Shown here piece after piece: positions 20,337 to 28,278 of a stretch of DNA of 60,290 nucleotides. The stretch is from IMG/VR virus record IMGVR_UViG_3300044833_000038, positions 1-60,290 of that record; one strand, given 5' to 3'. Within the stretch, counting starts at the first letter, position 1. Each line of letters opens with the position of its first letter. Below the pieces are notes generated by a model that had not been told where the DNA came from, did no database searches, and saw only the letters and a list, made by a program, of their open reading frames with translations. Position numbers and translations under genes: made by a program. This stretch comes from a virus. Lineage: Duplodnaviria; Caudoviricetes.

Positions 20337-20792
20337 TCACCAGTCCAGCGGCGACTGGAACGGCTCGCGCGGCCAATCAGGTTCCTGGACGGCGTCGCGC
20401 ACATTGCGCACCGCATTCCACGCGCCGACCTTGATCGTGCCGAAACCGCGTTTCTTGGACCGCAACCGCACCGAATCCAACTCGTCAGGGGTGAAACACA
20501 GCTGCCCAGTCTCCGTGGCGGTAGAACGGGCCGCGTTGTCGGTTTCCATCCCCTCCGACCGGAAGCCGCCCGGGTTGCGGTACACCCGCAACACCGCCTG
20601 ACACACAGCGGCTTTCGCGTTGGCCGCCCGCGCCGGACTCGTCTTCATCGGATCTAGCAGCGACGGAATCAGTGTGGTCAGCATGCCCTCGGCGTCGTCG
20701 ATCTTGGCTTCGGCCCAGTCCTGTTTATCGTCGGGGAACTCGCCTTCGACATACCGCAATGCGACGTCGTCGAAGGATGCGAACAGGCCCAT
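20337..20792 (-). CDS. Head-to-tail adaptor (Gp19/Gp15/Gp42 family)
   Basis: FASFDDVALRY..VLRVYRNPGGFRSE. Confidence 0.8.
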   Translation of the reverse strand: MGLFASFDDVALRYVEGEFPDDKQDWAEAKIDDAEGMLTTLIPSLLDPMKTSPARAANAKAAVCQAVLRVYRNPGGFRSEGMETDNAARSTATETGQLCFTPDELDSVRLRSKKRGFGTIKVGAWNAVRNVRDAVQEPDWPREPFQSPLDW

Positions 20793-21097
20793 CAGCCGAC
20801 CGCAACCCCGGCGTCCTCGCAGGCCGCCACGATCTCGTCACGGCCTGCGCCATCCTCGAACTCGACGCCGTTGGCCGTTGCGTAGTCGGCCCACGGTTGC
20901 AGACCTGACCCTTTGCCCGCGCGTGGCGGCGGAGAATCAGACGAGCCTGACGGCTCGCCCTCAACATCGTCTACAGCCAGCACATTAGGGTTGGTGATCA
21001 GCGTGGCCGCCCATTCCGGCACAACATCGCCGGGCATGAAGGTCTGTGTGACACCGTCCTTCATGAGATGGACTGCGAACTGTCCACCGATACGCAT
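20792..21097 (-). CDS. Conserved capsid-region protein
   Basis: PGDVVPEWA..ITNP and PPRAGKGSG..WADYA; directly after the capsid gene. Confidence 0.65.
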   Translation of the reverse strand: MRIGGQFAVHLMKDGVTQTFMPGDVVPEWAATLITNPNVLAVDDVEGEPSGSSDSPPPRAGKGSGLQPWADYATANGVEFEDGAGRDEIVAACEDAGVAVG

Positions 21098-22140
21098 CAG
21101 GCAACCGTGGCGACGAGCAGCTTGCGCGGATCGGCCAGCACCGGCAGCGACACCGCATCCACATAGGTGGTTTTGTTGAACGGCGGTGCCTCCTCACGCA
21201 CGAGGATGCCGATGATGCCCGCGGCGGTCTCGACCTGAACGTTGTTGGCGTTCAGCTCCATCACCGTCGTCGGGGTGCCCCACGCGGTGAACCCGAGCTC
21301 GCCCATGTCCGTCGGGAGGAACAGGAACTTGTTCGCGGCCAGCGGCGCGGTCTTGACACCGTCCACATCGAAGAAGCTGTTGTAGACGTTGTCCATCGAG
21401 ATCGACGGCAGATCGTAGCTGTTGAACAGCCCGGAGATCTCAGCCAGTGTCACGTTGGTGACACCGGTCTGAGCACCACGGATCTGGTTGATCAGATGGG
21501 TGTTGGACTGCAACTGCCGCGCCGTGGTCAGCGAGCACAGGAACTGGCCGGGCCCCGAACCGTTGAGGGCGACGTAGATGTCGTACCACGCCTCCAGGTC
21601 GATCAGCGGATTGGAGTTCGCGGTGTCCGACCACAATGCGCCAGCCGGGGTGACCACCTGGTTGGTGGGGATCCCGAAGTCCAGTTGCTGCTGGACACCG
21701 TTCTCGTTGATGGTGAGTATGCCGTCGGAAAGAACGTCGCCCCACGCCAATTCGACGCGGTTCTGCACGTAGTGCGTCTGGTTTTCCAGGTCGTTGTAGA
21801 TGGCCTGGTGCAGGATCGACTGGATGGTTCCACCGACGGCGGCGAACTCGATCTGGCGGCGTTCGTACTCGCCGATCTCGCTGGAGCGGGCACCCAGGGG
21901 AAGCATCTTGACGCGCTTCTCCAGGCCGGTGTCGCGCGGGGCCGTCCAGAACGCGCCGTCCCAGTTACGGTACTTCGCGGCCCGGTTGGTTTGGGTGATG
22001 ATGGCCATGTCGATCTCGTCGGTGGCGTAGTGCCGCGTCGGGAACATCTGTGTCAGCTTGTTGTTCGACGGCAGAGGAACCTGTTGAGTGAACGTGATGA
22101 CATCTTCGAGCGGCAGTGGGCCGTCCAGGAAAAGGGCCAT
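21097..22140 (-). CDS. Major capsid protein (lambda gpE-like)
   Basis: 347 aa; AAKYRNWDG, RVELAWG, DFGIP, LPVLADP; follows scaffold and decoration genes. Confidence 0.85.
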   Translation of the reverse strand: MALFLDGPLPLEDVITFTQQVPLPSNNKLTQMFPTRHYATDEIDMAIITQTNRAAKYRNWDGAFWTAPRDTGLEKRVKMLPLGARSSEIGEYERRQIEFAAVGGTIQSILHQAIYNDLENQTHYVQNRVELAWGDVLSDGILTINENGVQQQLDFGIPTNQVVTPAGALWSDTANSNPLIDLEAWYDIYVALNGSGPGQFLCSLTTARQLQSNTHLINQIRGAQTGVTNVTLAEISGLFNSYDLPSISMDNVYNSFFDVDGVKTAPLAANKFLFLPTDMGELGFTAWGTPTTVMELNANNVQVETAAGIIGILVREEAPPFNKTTYVDAVSLPVLADPRKLLVATVA

Positions 22141-22143
22141 GAT

Positions 22144-22872
22144 TTACGCCTCCCAGCGGATCTGGTTGAGATCGGCCTTGCCGTTGGCATCGATGGAACC
22201 CGGACCGGCCTGGAACGGGAGTTTGGCGACGGACACCGCCGTGTCGTACACGACCGCACCGGTGCCGACCTTGGCCGCCGTGGTGCCGTTCTGGCGGATC
22301 ACCCGGCAGTCTCCGTATGTCAGGCCGTAGGCGGTCTGGCGACCGTCGGAGGCGCCGTCGTCGTACGGGCCGAACAGCCCGGTCGAGGTGACCAGACCGA
22401 TGACCGTGCCCGACGGGATGAACCCGTTGGGGTAGTGCGCGACCACACCGCCGGTGCCGGTCGCGACGACCGCCGTGGGTGTACCGCCGGTGAGGCTGGC
22501 GGCGCTGGTGGTCATCTGCGGAACGTTGATGCCCGCCAACGCGCCCTGGAACGTGACGGTGTAGGCACCGGCTGAGCCGGTGACCGCGACGTTGCCGGCG
22601 CCCACGGTGGACAGCGCCGCCAAAGCGGTCTGCACCGCGCCGATGGTGGCGTTCCACGCGATACCGGAGGCGGTTTGACCGTTGAACGTCAACGGGAAAG
22701 TACCGCCGGTGGCGCCGCCGCCGATGGTGACGGTCTGAACCTCATTCGTCGCGGTGGCGACGAATAGTGAGGTGTCCAGTGTGACGTTGGGCTTGTAGTC
22801 CGGTGTGGCCAGAAGCCACGACCTGTTGCCGACCTGATAGGTCGTCTTCTGCAACGAAATGTCGGTCGACAT
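22144..22872 (-). CDS. Head decoration protein with inserted beta domain
   Basis: IPSGTVIG..FGPYD..SDGRQTAYG; NEVQTVTI..GGTF insertion. Confidence 0.75.
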   Translation of the reverse strand: MSTDISLQKTTYQVGNRSWLLATPDYKPNVTLDTSLFVATATNEVQTVTIGGGATGGTFPLTFNGQTASGIAWNATIGAVQTALAALSTVGAGNVAVTGSAGAYTVTFQGALAGINVPQMTTSAASLTGGTPTAVVATGTGGVVAHYPNGFIPSGTVIGLVTSTGLFGPYDDGASDGRQTAYGLTYGDCRVIRQNGTTAAKVGTGAVVYDTAVSVAKLPFQAGPGSIDANGKADLNQIRWEA

Positions 22873-22885
22873 ACGTGCTCCTTAA

Positions 22886-23554
22886 CTAGGTGGTTTTCGC
22901 TCCGAAGCGCCTTGCGGCTTCGGCTGATCCGGCTGCTCCGGGTTTCGCCCCTGGCGGCGGCGGTGAGAACTGACCGGCGTTCTGCCAACGCTGACCAGGG
23001 GTGGCGCCTTGGGGCTGCTGAGCCCCGTACATCGCGGTGAGGTGTCCCATCACCATCGTTTCGTCCACAGCACCGTCGGCCCCCACCAACTTCGAGGGGT
23101 CCACGATGGCCAGGAACGCGTTCAACTTGTCTCCCTGAATGACTTGGGAGGCAATGGCTTTCACTTGCAGCTGCTGCATCTGCGGAAGATACTCGGCCCT
23201 CGCGGCCTCAGCTGCGGTCTTCGCGGCTTCTTTGCGGGCCGCGTCGAGCGCCTTGTCGCTGGCCGACATCTGCGCGGTCCGCAGCGCGTCGTTCTCCGTC
23301 TGCATGTCCTTGACCTGCTGCGGAGTTAAGCCGTTGAACCCCTTGACGGTGTCCTCGTGCTTTCTTGCATAATGCTGCCAGTAGGCCGTCCGCTGAGCCT
23401 CGGTCATCTCCACCAGCGGCGTGCCCTCGGGGAACCCCTTGTCCGCAGCGGGAGGTGCTGGCGCGGTCGGAGCTGCGGGCGCGGCAGGCGCTGGAGCTGG
23501 CGGACCGGGAACTGGCGGTGCTGCCGGTGGGGTGGGTGCAGCGGGTTGGGTCAT
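22886..23554 (-). CDS. Capsid scaffolding protein
   Basis: Pro/Ala-rich N-terminus, YWQHYARKHE, coiled coil; position before the capsid genes. Confidence 0.8.
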   Translation of the reverse strand: MTQPAAPTPPAAPPVPGPPAPAPAAPAAPTAPAPPAADKGFPEGTPLVEMTEAQRTAYWQHYARKHEDTVKGFNGLTPQQVKDMQTENDALRTAQMSASDKALDAARKEAAKTAAEAARAEYLPQMQQLQVKAIASQVIQGDKLNAFLAIVDPSKLVGADGAVDETMVMGHLTAMYGAQQPQGATPGQRWQNAGQFSPPPPGAKPGAAGSAEAARRFGAKTT

Positions 23555-23627
23555 GATTCTCCTGTGTCAGGAAACGAGGAACACCACCCATGCCAGGTGG
23601 GCGTTCAATCCCGCAGCGCGGGAAGAC

Positions 23628-25622
23628 TTATGCAGCCTCGGTCATCGGCGTGAAGTACGGCACCGATTCACCATCGGCGGGGACCAGGACTGGTCCGAGC
23701 TCGTTGTAGGCGACGGTGTATCGGGTGCGCTTCAAGTCGGCTGCCGAATTGGAACCCGCCTCGGTCTTTAGCCGCTTGATGTCGGAGTCGTTCAGGTTAA
23801 GACCGGGATCATATGTCGCGGTCACCGGCGCAGACGTGCATTTACAGTTGCTAACCGTGATAGAATTGGCGCTGTACCAGCCCTCAACTGTTTCGAGGTT
23901 TAGAACATGCCCGCGCCATACCCCGACGCGTTTATCGATCAGTGTGTCGAGATGTACAGAGCTGGAAAGTCGTTCGCGAAGATCGGTGCCGAGCTTGGTA
24001 AAGACGGCGAATCTCTCAGGGTCGCGGTCAGAAACCGTGGGATCGAACTTCCGCGAAGGACATACCCAAGTACCCAGACCATTCCGATGCCCACCGACCT
24101 TTCCGGTCGTTACGCCGAAGGTCAGTCCGTCCAGGCGATGGCCAAGCATTACGGCGTCTCGCGACCGCTGGTCATTCGTTGGCTGAAGAAGCGCGGGTTG
24201 CCCATCCGAACCAGTCGAGAAGCCAGCCTGATCAAGGCGGCGGCGATGAGTCCGGCACAACGAGAAGCCCAGGCCGCCAACGCCCATGCTGCGACGAGGG
24301 GAAGGACCGTCGGCCGGGACGAGAAGTGGCGCCGCGCCGAGGCGATCGAGCAGCACGCCATCGCTGGCACGCGTCGCCGCAGCGCTGGTGAAATACTCCT
24401 CGGCCAATGGCTGCGTGAGCGCGGTATTGACTTCATCCCCGAAAAACGGGTCGACCGCTACAACGTCGACTTCGGAATTGAACCCGTCGCCGTGGAACTC
24501 CTCGGCGGCCACTGGCATTCGCAACCTAGTCGCCGACGCTTCCATGCCGAGCGCACGCACGACATCCTCAATGCGGGCTGGCACATGATCTTCATCTGGT
24601 CCGGTAACGACGCTCCGATCAGCCCTGACGGAGCTGACGAGCTTGTCTCCTATATTCAGGAGGCCCGCTTGCACCCAGCCACGGTCGGTCAGTACTGGGT
24701 GCTTCGGGGTGATGGAAAGCTGGTGGCCAGCGGCGGTGACGAGGGTGACAAGTTCACCCTCATAGTACCGCCGGTAACCGACCTGACTAGGAGGTCCAGA
24801 AACTAGCGTCCCCGGAACAACGCACCGTAAGTGTATCGGCCGCAACGTTTCTCGGTGATAGATCCGATCCGACGCCGCGACGCACAGCCCGCATACCCCG
24901 CCTGTGGAGAACTCTGGGTGGATGATGCGGCGGAACCCGATGATCCGGGCACCCGTGCGGGTCTTGGTTCGCGACCGGGTCGTGGCTTGGCCTTGATAGT
25001 CGATGATCGTCGCGTTCAAAGCTTGGTGCTCGGCGTCGCGCTGCGCGATCACCAGGTTGCCGTCCACAATGTCATCAAGACGGATGACCGAGGCCGCCCG
25101 CGCCCTGTCGCTGCTCGTACCGACTGACTCCGACCAGCGCAGCGTCCGCGCGGGCCGCTCAAGCAGCGATGCGTTGGTTGCGTCACTGGGTGTGACAGTG
25201 ACATCGATGTTCGGTTCGGTGTCCGACTCGCTGTAGGTGATGACCACCCGCTTAGCGTGTGGCACCCGGATGTCGTCGGGCAGCTTCGGCACGACAGCTG
25301 CGTTCACGCCCATCGACCGCAGCATCGTGGTCTGCGCTGCCGCCGCGGTCTGGGCGGTGGCCTTCTGCGCGGCCACCAGGATCGGGTCGGCCTGCTTCAC
25401 GAACGCGGCAACCTGGCGATCCTGATAGGGGTCGACTGGCAGCCACAACCGCTGCAGCACCGCCTTAGTGCGGGTAGTGATGCTCGCGATGGTCGCGGCG
25501 GTGGCTAGCGATACGCCGGCGACCGTGTACGCGACCGGGTCGGTGCCCTGGCTGGCCGCGATCAGCGCAGCCGCGGTCACCGCAGCGTCGGCCGGGGTGA
25601 CCGGTGCAGTCACGTCTGCCAC
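23628..25622 (-). CDS. MuF-like minor head protein (often annotated capsid maturation protease), intein-containing
   Basis: GFRRIIHPE..GVCGLC; removing the intein restores PIHLR-CKC (HxxCxC MuF motif). Confidence 0.85.
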   Translation of the reverse strand: MADVTAPVTPADAAVTAAALIAASQGTDPVAYTVAGVSLATAATIASITTRTKAVLQRLWLPVDPYQDRQVAAFVKQADPILVAAQKATAQTAAAAQTTMLRSMGVNAAVVPKLPDDIRVPHAKRVVITYSESDTEPNIDVTVTPSDATNASLLERPARTLRWSESVGTSSDRARAASVIRLDDIVDGNLVIAQRDAEHQALNATIIDYQGQATTRSRTKTRTGARIIGFRRIIHPEFSTGGVCGLCVAASDRIYHRETLRPIHLRCVVPGTLVSGPPSQVGYRRYYEGELVTLVTAAGHQLSITPKHPVLTDRGWVQAGLLNIGDKLVSSVRADRSVVTGPDEDHVPARIEDVVRALGMEASATRLRMPVAAEEFHGDGFNSEVDVVAVDPFFGDEVNTALTQPLAEEYFTSAAATRASDGVLLDRLGAAPLLVPADGPSPRRSMGVGGLGFSLCRTHRRRLDQAGFSTGSDGQPALLQPTNDQRSRDAVMLGHRLDGLTFGVTTGKVGGHRNGLGTWVCPSRKFDPTVSDRDPERFAVFTKLGTDLRERLSSSVHLDTLIDKRVGVWRGHVLNLETVEGWYSANSITVSNCKCTSAPVTATYDPGLNLNDSDIKRLKTEAGSNSAADLKRTRYTVAYNELGPVLVPADGESVPYFTPMTEAA
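23858..23899 (+). promoter_or_regulatory. Extended -10 promoter (TGATAGAAT) and SD (GAGGT) for the antisense endonuclease
   Basis: TGnTAGAAT at 23858-23866; GAGGT at 23895-23899, 7 nt before ATG 23907. Confidence 0.6.
23907..24806 (+). CDS. HTH + Vsr/DUF559-like (PD-(D/E)XK superfamily) putative homing endonuclease nested antisense in the intein
   Basis: Two HTH units (GKSFAKIGAELG; GQSVQAMAKHYGVSRPLVIRWLKKRG); SAGEILL..E..YNVDF..VAVELLGGHWH..GWHMIFIW nuclease pattern. Confidence 0.85.
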   Translation: MPAPYPDAFIDQCVEMYRAGKSFAKIGAELGKDGESLRVAVRNRGIELPRRTYPSTQTIPMPTDLSGRYAEGQSVQAMAKHYGVSRPLVIRWLKKRGLPIRTSREASLIKAAAMSPAQREAQAANAHAATRGRTVGRDEKWRRAEAIEQHAIAGTRRRSAGEILLGQWLRERGIDFIPEKRVDRYNVDFGIEPVAVELLGGHWHSQPSRRRFHAERTHDILNAGWHMIFIWSGNDAPISPDGADELVSYIQEARLHPATVGQYWVLRGDGKLVASGGDEGDKFTLIVPPVTDLTRRSRN

Positions 25623-26077
25623 ACCTCGCGCGCCGCAACTGGGATTTTACCGAGCGCGCGATCACTTAGCGTAGCTAGATCAGCGCGTACGTCTCTGACG
25701 ATGATGCCTTCTAGCGAACAGGCTAGAACTGGGTCTGGCTCAGTCAGCCACACCAGGAGGATGGCTTCCATGAAGCTCCGCTCAATGCCCCAGTGTTTCA
25801 TCTGAAACTCAGCGTGCCTTCGGCTCCACTTCAGACGGACAGGGGACGCGTCTTGGCTGATATTGACACCTTTGTAGTCCGCGGGTGTTTCCTTTATCCA
25901 GCGGAGGTGTTCCAAGCATGGTTGGGATAGTTCCCGGCCGATCTCGTACATCAAGTCCGTGAACTGGTTGGCGAAGATCAGCGCCTCACGTCTGGCAGCG
26001 CGCGCCTTTTTGGTCATCTTCACGACGTCATAGCGAGCGTCCCGACGACGCTTGTGGCGAGAGCTTGTCACGGTCAT
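25610..26077 (-). CDS. Hypothetical protein (insertion between portal and MuF)
   Basis: 155-aa ORF coupled to the upstream gene by TAATG. Confidence 0.6.
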   Translation of the reverse strand: MTVTSSRHKRRRDARYDVVKMTKKARAARREALIFANQFTDLMYEIGRELSQPCLEHLRWIKETPADYKGVNISQDASPVRLKWSRRHAEFQMKHWGIERSFMEAILLVWLTEPDPVLACSLEGIIVRDVRADLATLSDRALGKIPVAAREVWQT

Positions 26078-26541
26078 TAGAACAGCTCCAGTTGCGACGC
26101 TTCATCATTGCGCGGTAACCCGAGAGCCCAGGCCGCGCCTTCGCATCGATCTTCACGCCAATGCGGAAGCCGTAGTCGCCACAGCCAATTGGCGAATAGG
26201 AACGGTGACATCGGCGTTTCCGTTTTCCGTTCAGGTAGATCCACCACCCAGAACCGGCAGTCATCAGTCGGCTCATCGAGATCGTCTTTGTACCTAACCA
26301 GGAACGCCGGGATGCCTCTCGCGTGCGCCAGATCCTCTGTTATCCCGGTTGGCTTGTCGCCCCATGACCGAGTGCGCTCGATCAGTGCTACCGGCTTCGC
26401 ACAGGCGAAGCAGTGCTCGACCTGATCGATATCTATGGCCGTCATACACGCGTTACGTGCACGGCCGATGTAGCGGTGCAGAGTTCGGTGATACCGCTCA
26501 TAGGAGTCTGGGTATCGACGGATGAGGTGTTCGTTTGGCAT
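26077..26541 (-). CDS. Putative restriction-endonuclease-fold protein
   Basis: IDIDQVEHC..PVALIERT..LAHARGIPAFLVRY; GGAG SD before MPNEH. Confidence 0.5.
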   Translation of the reverse strand: MPNEHLIRRYPDSYERYHRTLHRYIGRARNACMTAIDIDQVEHCFACAKPVALIERTRSWGDKPTGITEDLAHARGIPAFLVRYKDDLDEPTDDCRFWVVDLPERKTETPMSPFLFANWLWRLRLPHWREDRCEGAAWALGLPRNDEASQLELF

Positions 26542-26670
26542 GACTCGCTCCTGCGGCTGCGTAAAAGAGTCATCCACACGATGTGTGGGCGCTCCGCAGG
26601 AGCCGAAACACCGATATTGACCGGCACTTCGCTTTGGAAAGTCATGCTACTACAACTTTGCGGTCACGAG

Positions 26671-28269
26671 CTAGGGAACCGCCGGCGGCCGCACGGGACC
26701 TGCGGGCTGCCCCGACGCCGACTGCGCCTGCCCGGGCGCCTTCTCGGTGACGTTCTCGGTGAGCCGGATGTTCGCAGGCGGCGGCGCGACCGTCAGCTGC
26801 GCGTCGAGCAGCTGATCACTCAGCAGCTCCTGATTGTTCTCGGCGGCCTCGTCGGGCGTGAAGTTCAGCAGCGTCACCATCTGGCGCTCCCGCGACAGTA
26901 GGCCCTTGGTTTTCGACACCGCATCAGACATCTCCGCCAAAGTGCGCAGCTTCAACGGCCCCCACAGAATCCGCATACCGTCCGCCCGCTGCGGGACGCC
27001 GGCGAACGCGAACGCGTAGCGCATCACCTGATGTAGCCCGGTGACGGTGCGGTCGCGGCGGTCGGTGGCCTTGTTGACCACACCCTCCTGCTGCGCCTCA
27101 GTGCCTTGGGCGGTCTGGTTCGCCGAATCCGGGATCACCATGTACATCGGGGTGCCGGTGCACAGCGCGAATTCCTTCATGTCGTTGATGATCGATTGCA
27201 GGACGCCGTTGATGTCGGTGATGGACGACTCCCAGAACGTGAAGCCCTTCGGAACCCGCCACAACGCCCCCGGGTCGGCCTTGAACACGTCATCCAGCGA
27301 TATATCCTCGGGATCGTCGCCCTCGTCTTCACCCTCTTCGTCGCCGATGATCGCCCGCTGCCGAAACGACTGATACCAGGTGATGACGATCCGCTGCAGA
27401 ATCGTGTCGTTGATCCGGTCCAACAAGTCCAGGTTGGGCTCGAACTCGCCCATCCCCCGCGCGTTCACGAACCGCACGATCGGCACCGGGCCCACCCCAG
27501 CGATCTCCGGCATCTCCGTCGGCGGACCGTCCCACTCGAACCCGGCCGCGCTGTGCAACTCGTAGGACGTGTTGATCAGCCCGTACGTTTTGCGGGACGC
27601 CTCGTAACGTTTCCCGTCGAGGAACAGCCACGCCTTCTCCACCTGCAACACCGGGTCGAAACCGATCTTCACCGCGGCCCGCAACTGGTTCGGGTTGAGC
27701 TGATCGGGCTCCCCGATGCACCAGCGCGGGTCCTCCGCCGTGATCAACGGTGTCTTGTCCAGCGCGTCCGGGTCGGCCGGCACCGCCATCAGGTAGGACT
27801 CCGACATCACGAACAGGTACGCCAGCGCATCCTTGATCGCGGCCTTCAGGTTCGACTTCTCGAAGATGTCGGCGGCGATGTCGTCGCCCTCAGGGTCGCT
27901 GTCCACCGTCGTCGACACGCCGTTGACCGTCATCCGGTCCAGAATCGACTGGATCGCGATCGGCGCCAGACACGCCCGCGCCTTGCGTAGCACCTCCTGG
28001 AAGGTGTGCGAATAGCCCTCCACCACCTGTGGCAGCGGCGGCGACCCGATGTAGTACGACCACAGCAGGTTCATCCGCTGCCGCCGCGTCAGATAGCGGC
28101 GCGCCGGGCGCTGCTTCTGATTGGGCACCGCCAGGTCGACGTCGAATGTGTGGTCACGCTCATTGAAGCGCGCCATCAGATAGTTCAGCCACCACGCCGG
28201 GGACTGCGGGACCTTAGCTTCCTGCTCCATTGAGAGCGTCGGCTCGACGGCCTGGAGGGCTAACGTCAC
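26671..28269 (-). CDS. Portal protein (SPP1 gp6-like)
   Basis: Follows the terminase; VPIVRFVN..GEFEP..LLDRIN..FRQR. Confidence 0.9.
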   Translation of the reverse strand: MTLALQAVEPTLSMEQEAKVPQSPAWWLNYLMARFNERDHTFDVDLAVPNQKQRPARRYLTRRQRMNLLWSYYIGSPPLPQVVEGYSHTFQEVLRKARACLAPIAIQSILDRMTVNGVSTTVDSDPEGDDIAADIFEKSNLKAAIKDALAYLFVMSESYLMAVPADPDALDKTPLITAEDPRWCIGEPDQLNPNQLRAAVKIGFDPVLQVEKAWLFLDGKRYEASRKTYGLINTSYELHSAAGFEWDGPPTEMPEIAGVGPVPIVRFVNARGMGEFEPNLDLLDRINDTILQRIVITWYQSFRQRAIIGDEEGEDEGDDPEDISLDDVFKADPGALWRVPKGFTFWESSITDINGVLQSIINDMKEFALCTGTPMYMVIPDSANQTAQGTEAQQEGVVNKATDRRDRTVTGLHQVMRYAFAFAGVPQRADGMRILWGPLKLRTLAEMSDAVSKTKGLLSRERQMVTLLNFTPDEAAENNQELLSDQLLDAQLTVAPPPANIRLTENVTEKAPGQAQSASGQPAGPVRPPAVP

Positions 28270-28278
28270 AAGGCCCTC

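Larger units (their letters stand above)
23847..24824 (-). mobile_element. Intein (326 aa) in the MuF-like gene
   Basis: Block A CVVPGTLV, block B SITPKHPV, GWVQAGLLNIGD, block F/G VLNLETVEGWYSANSITVSN, +1 Cys. Confidence 0.9.
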
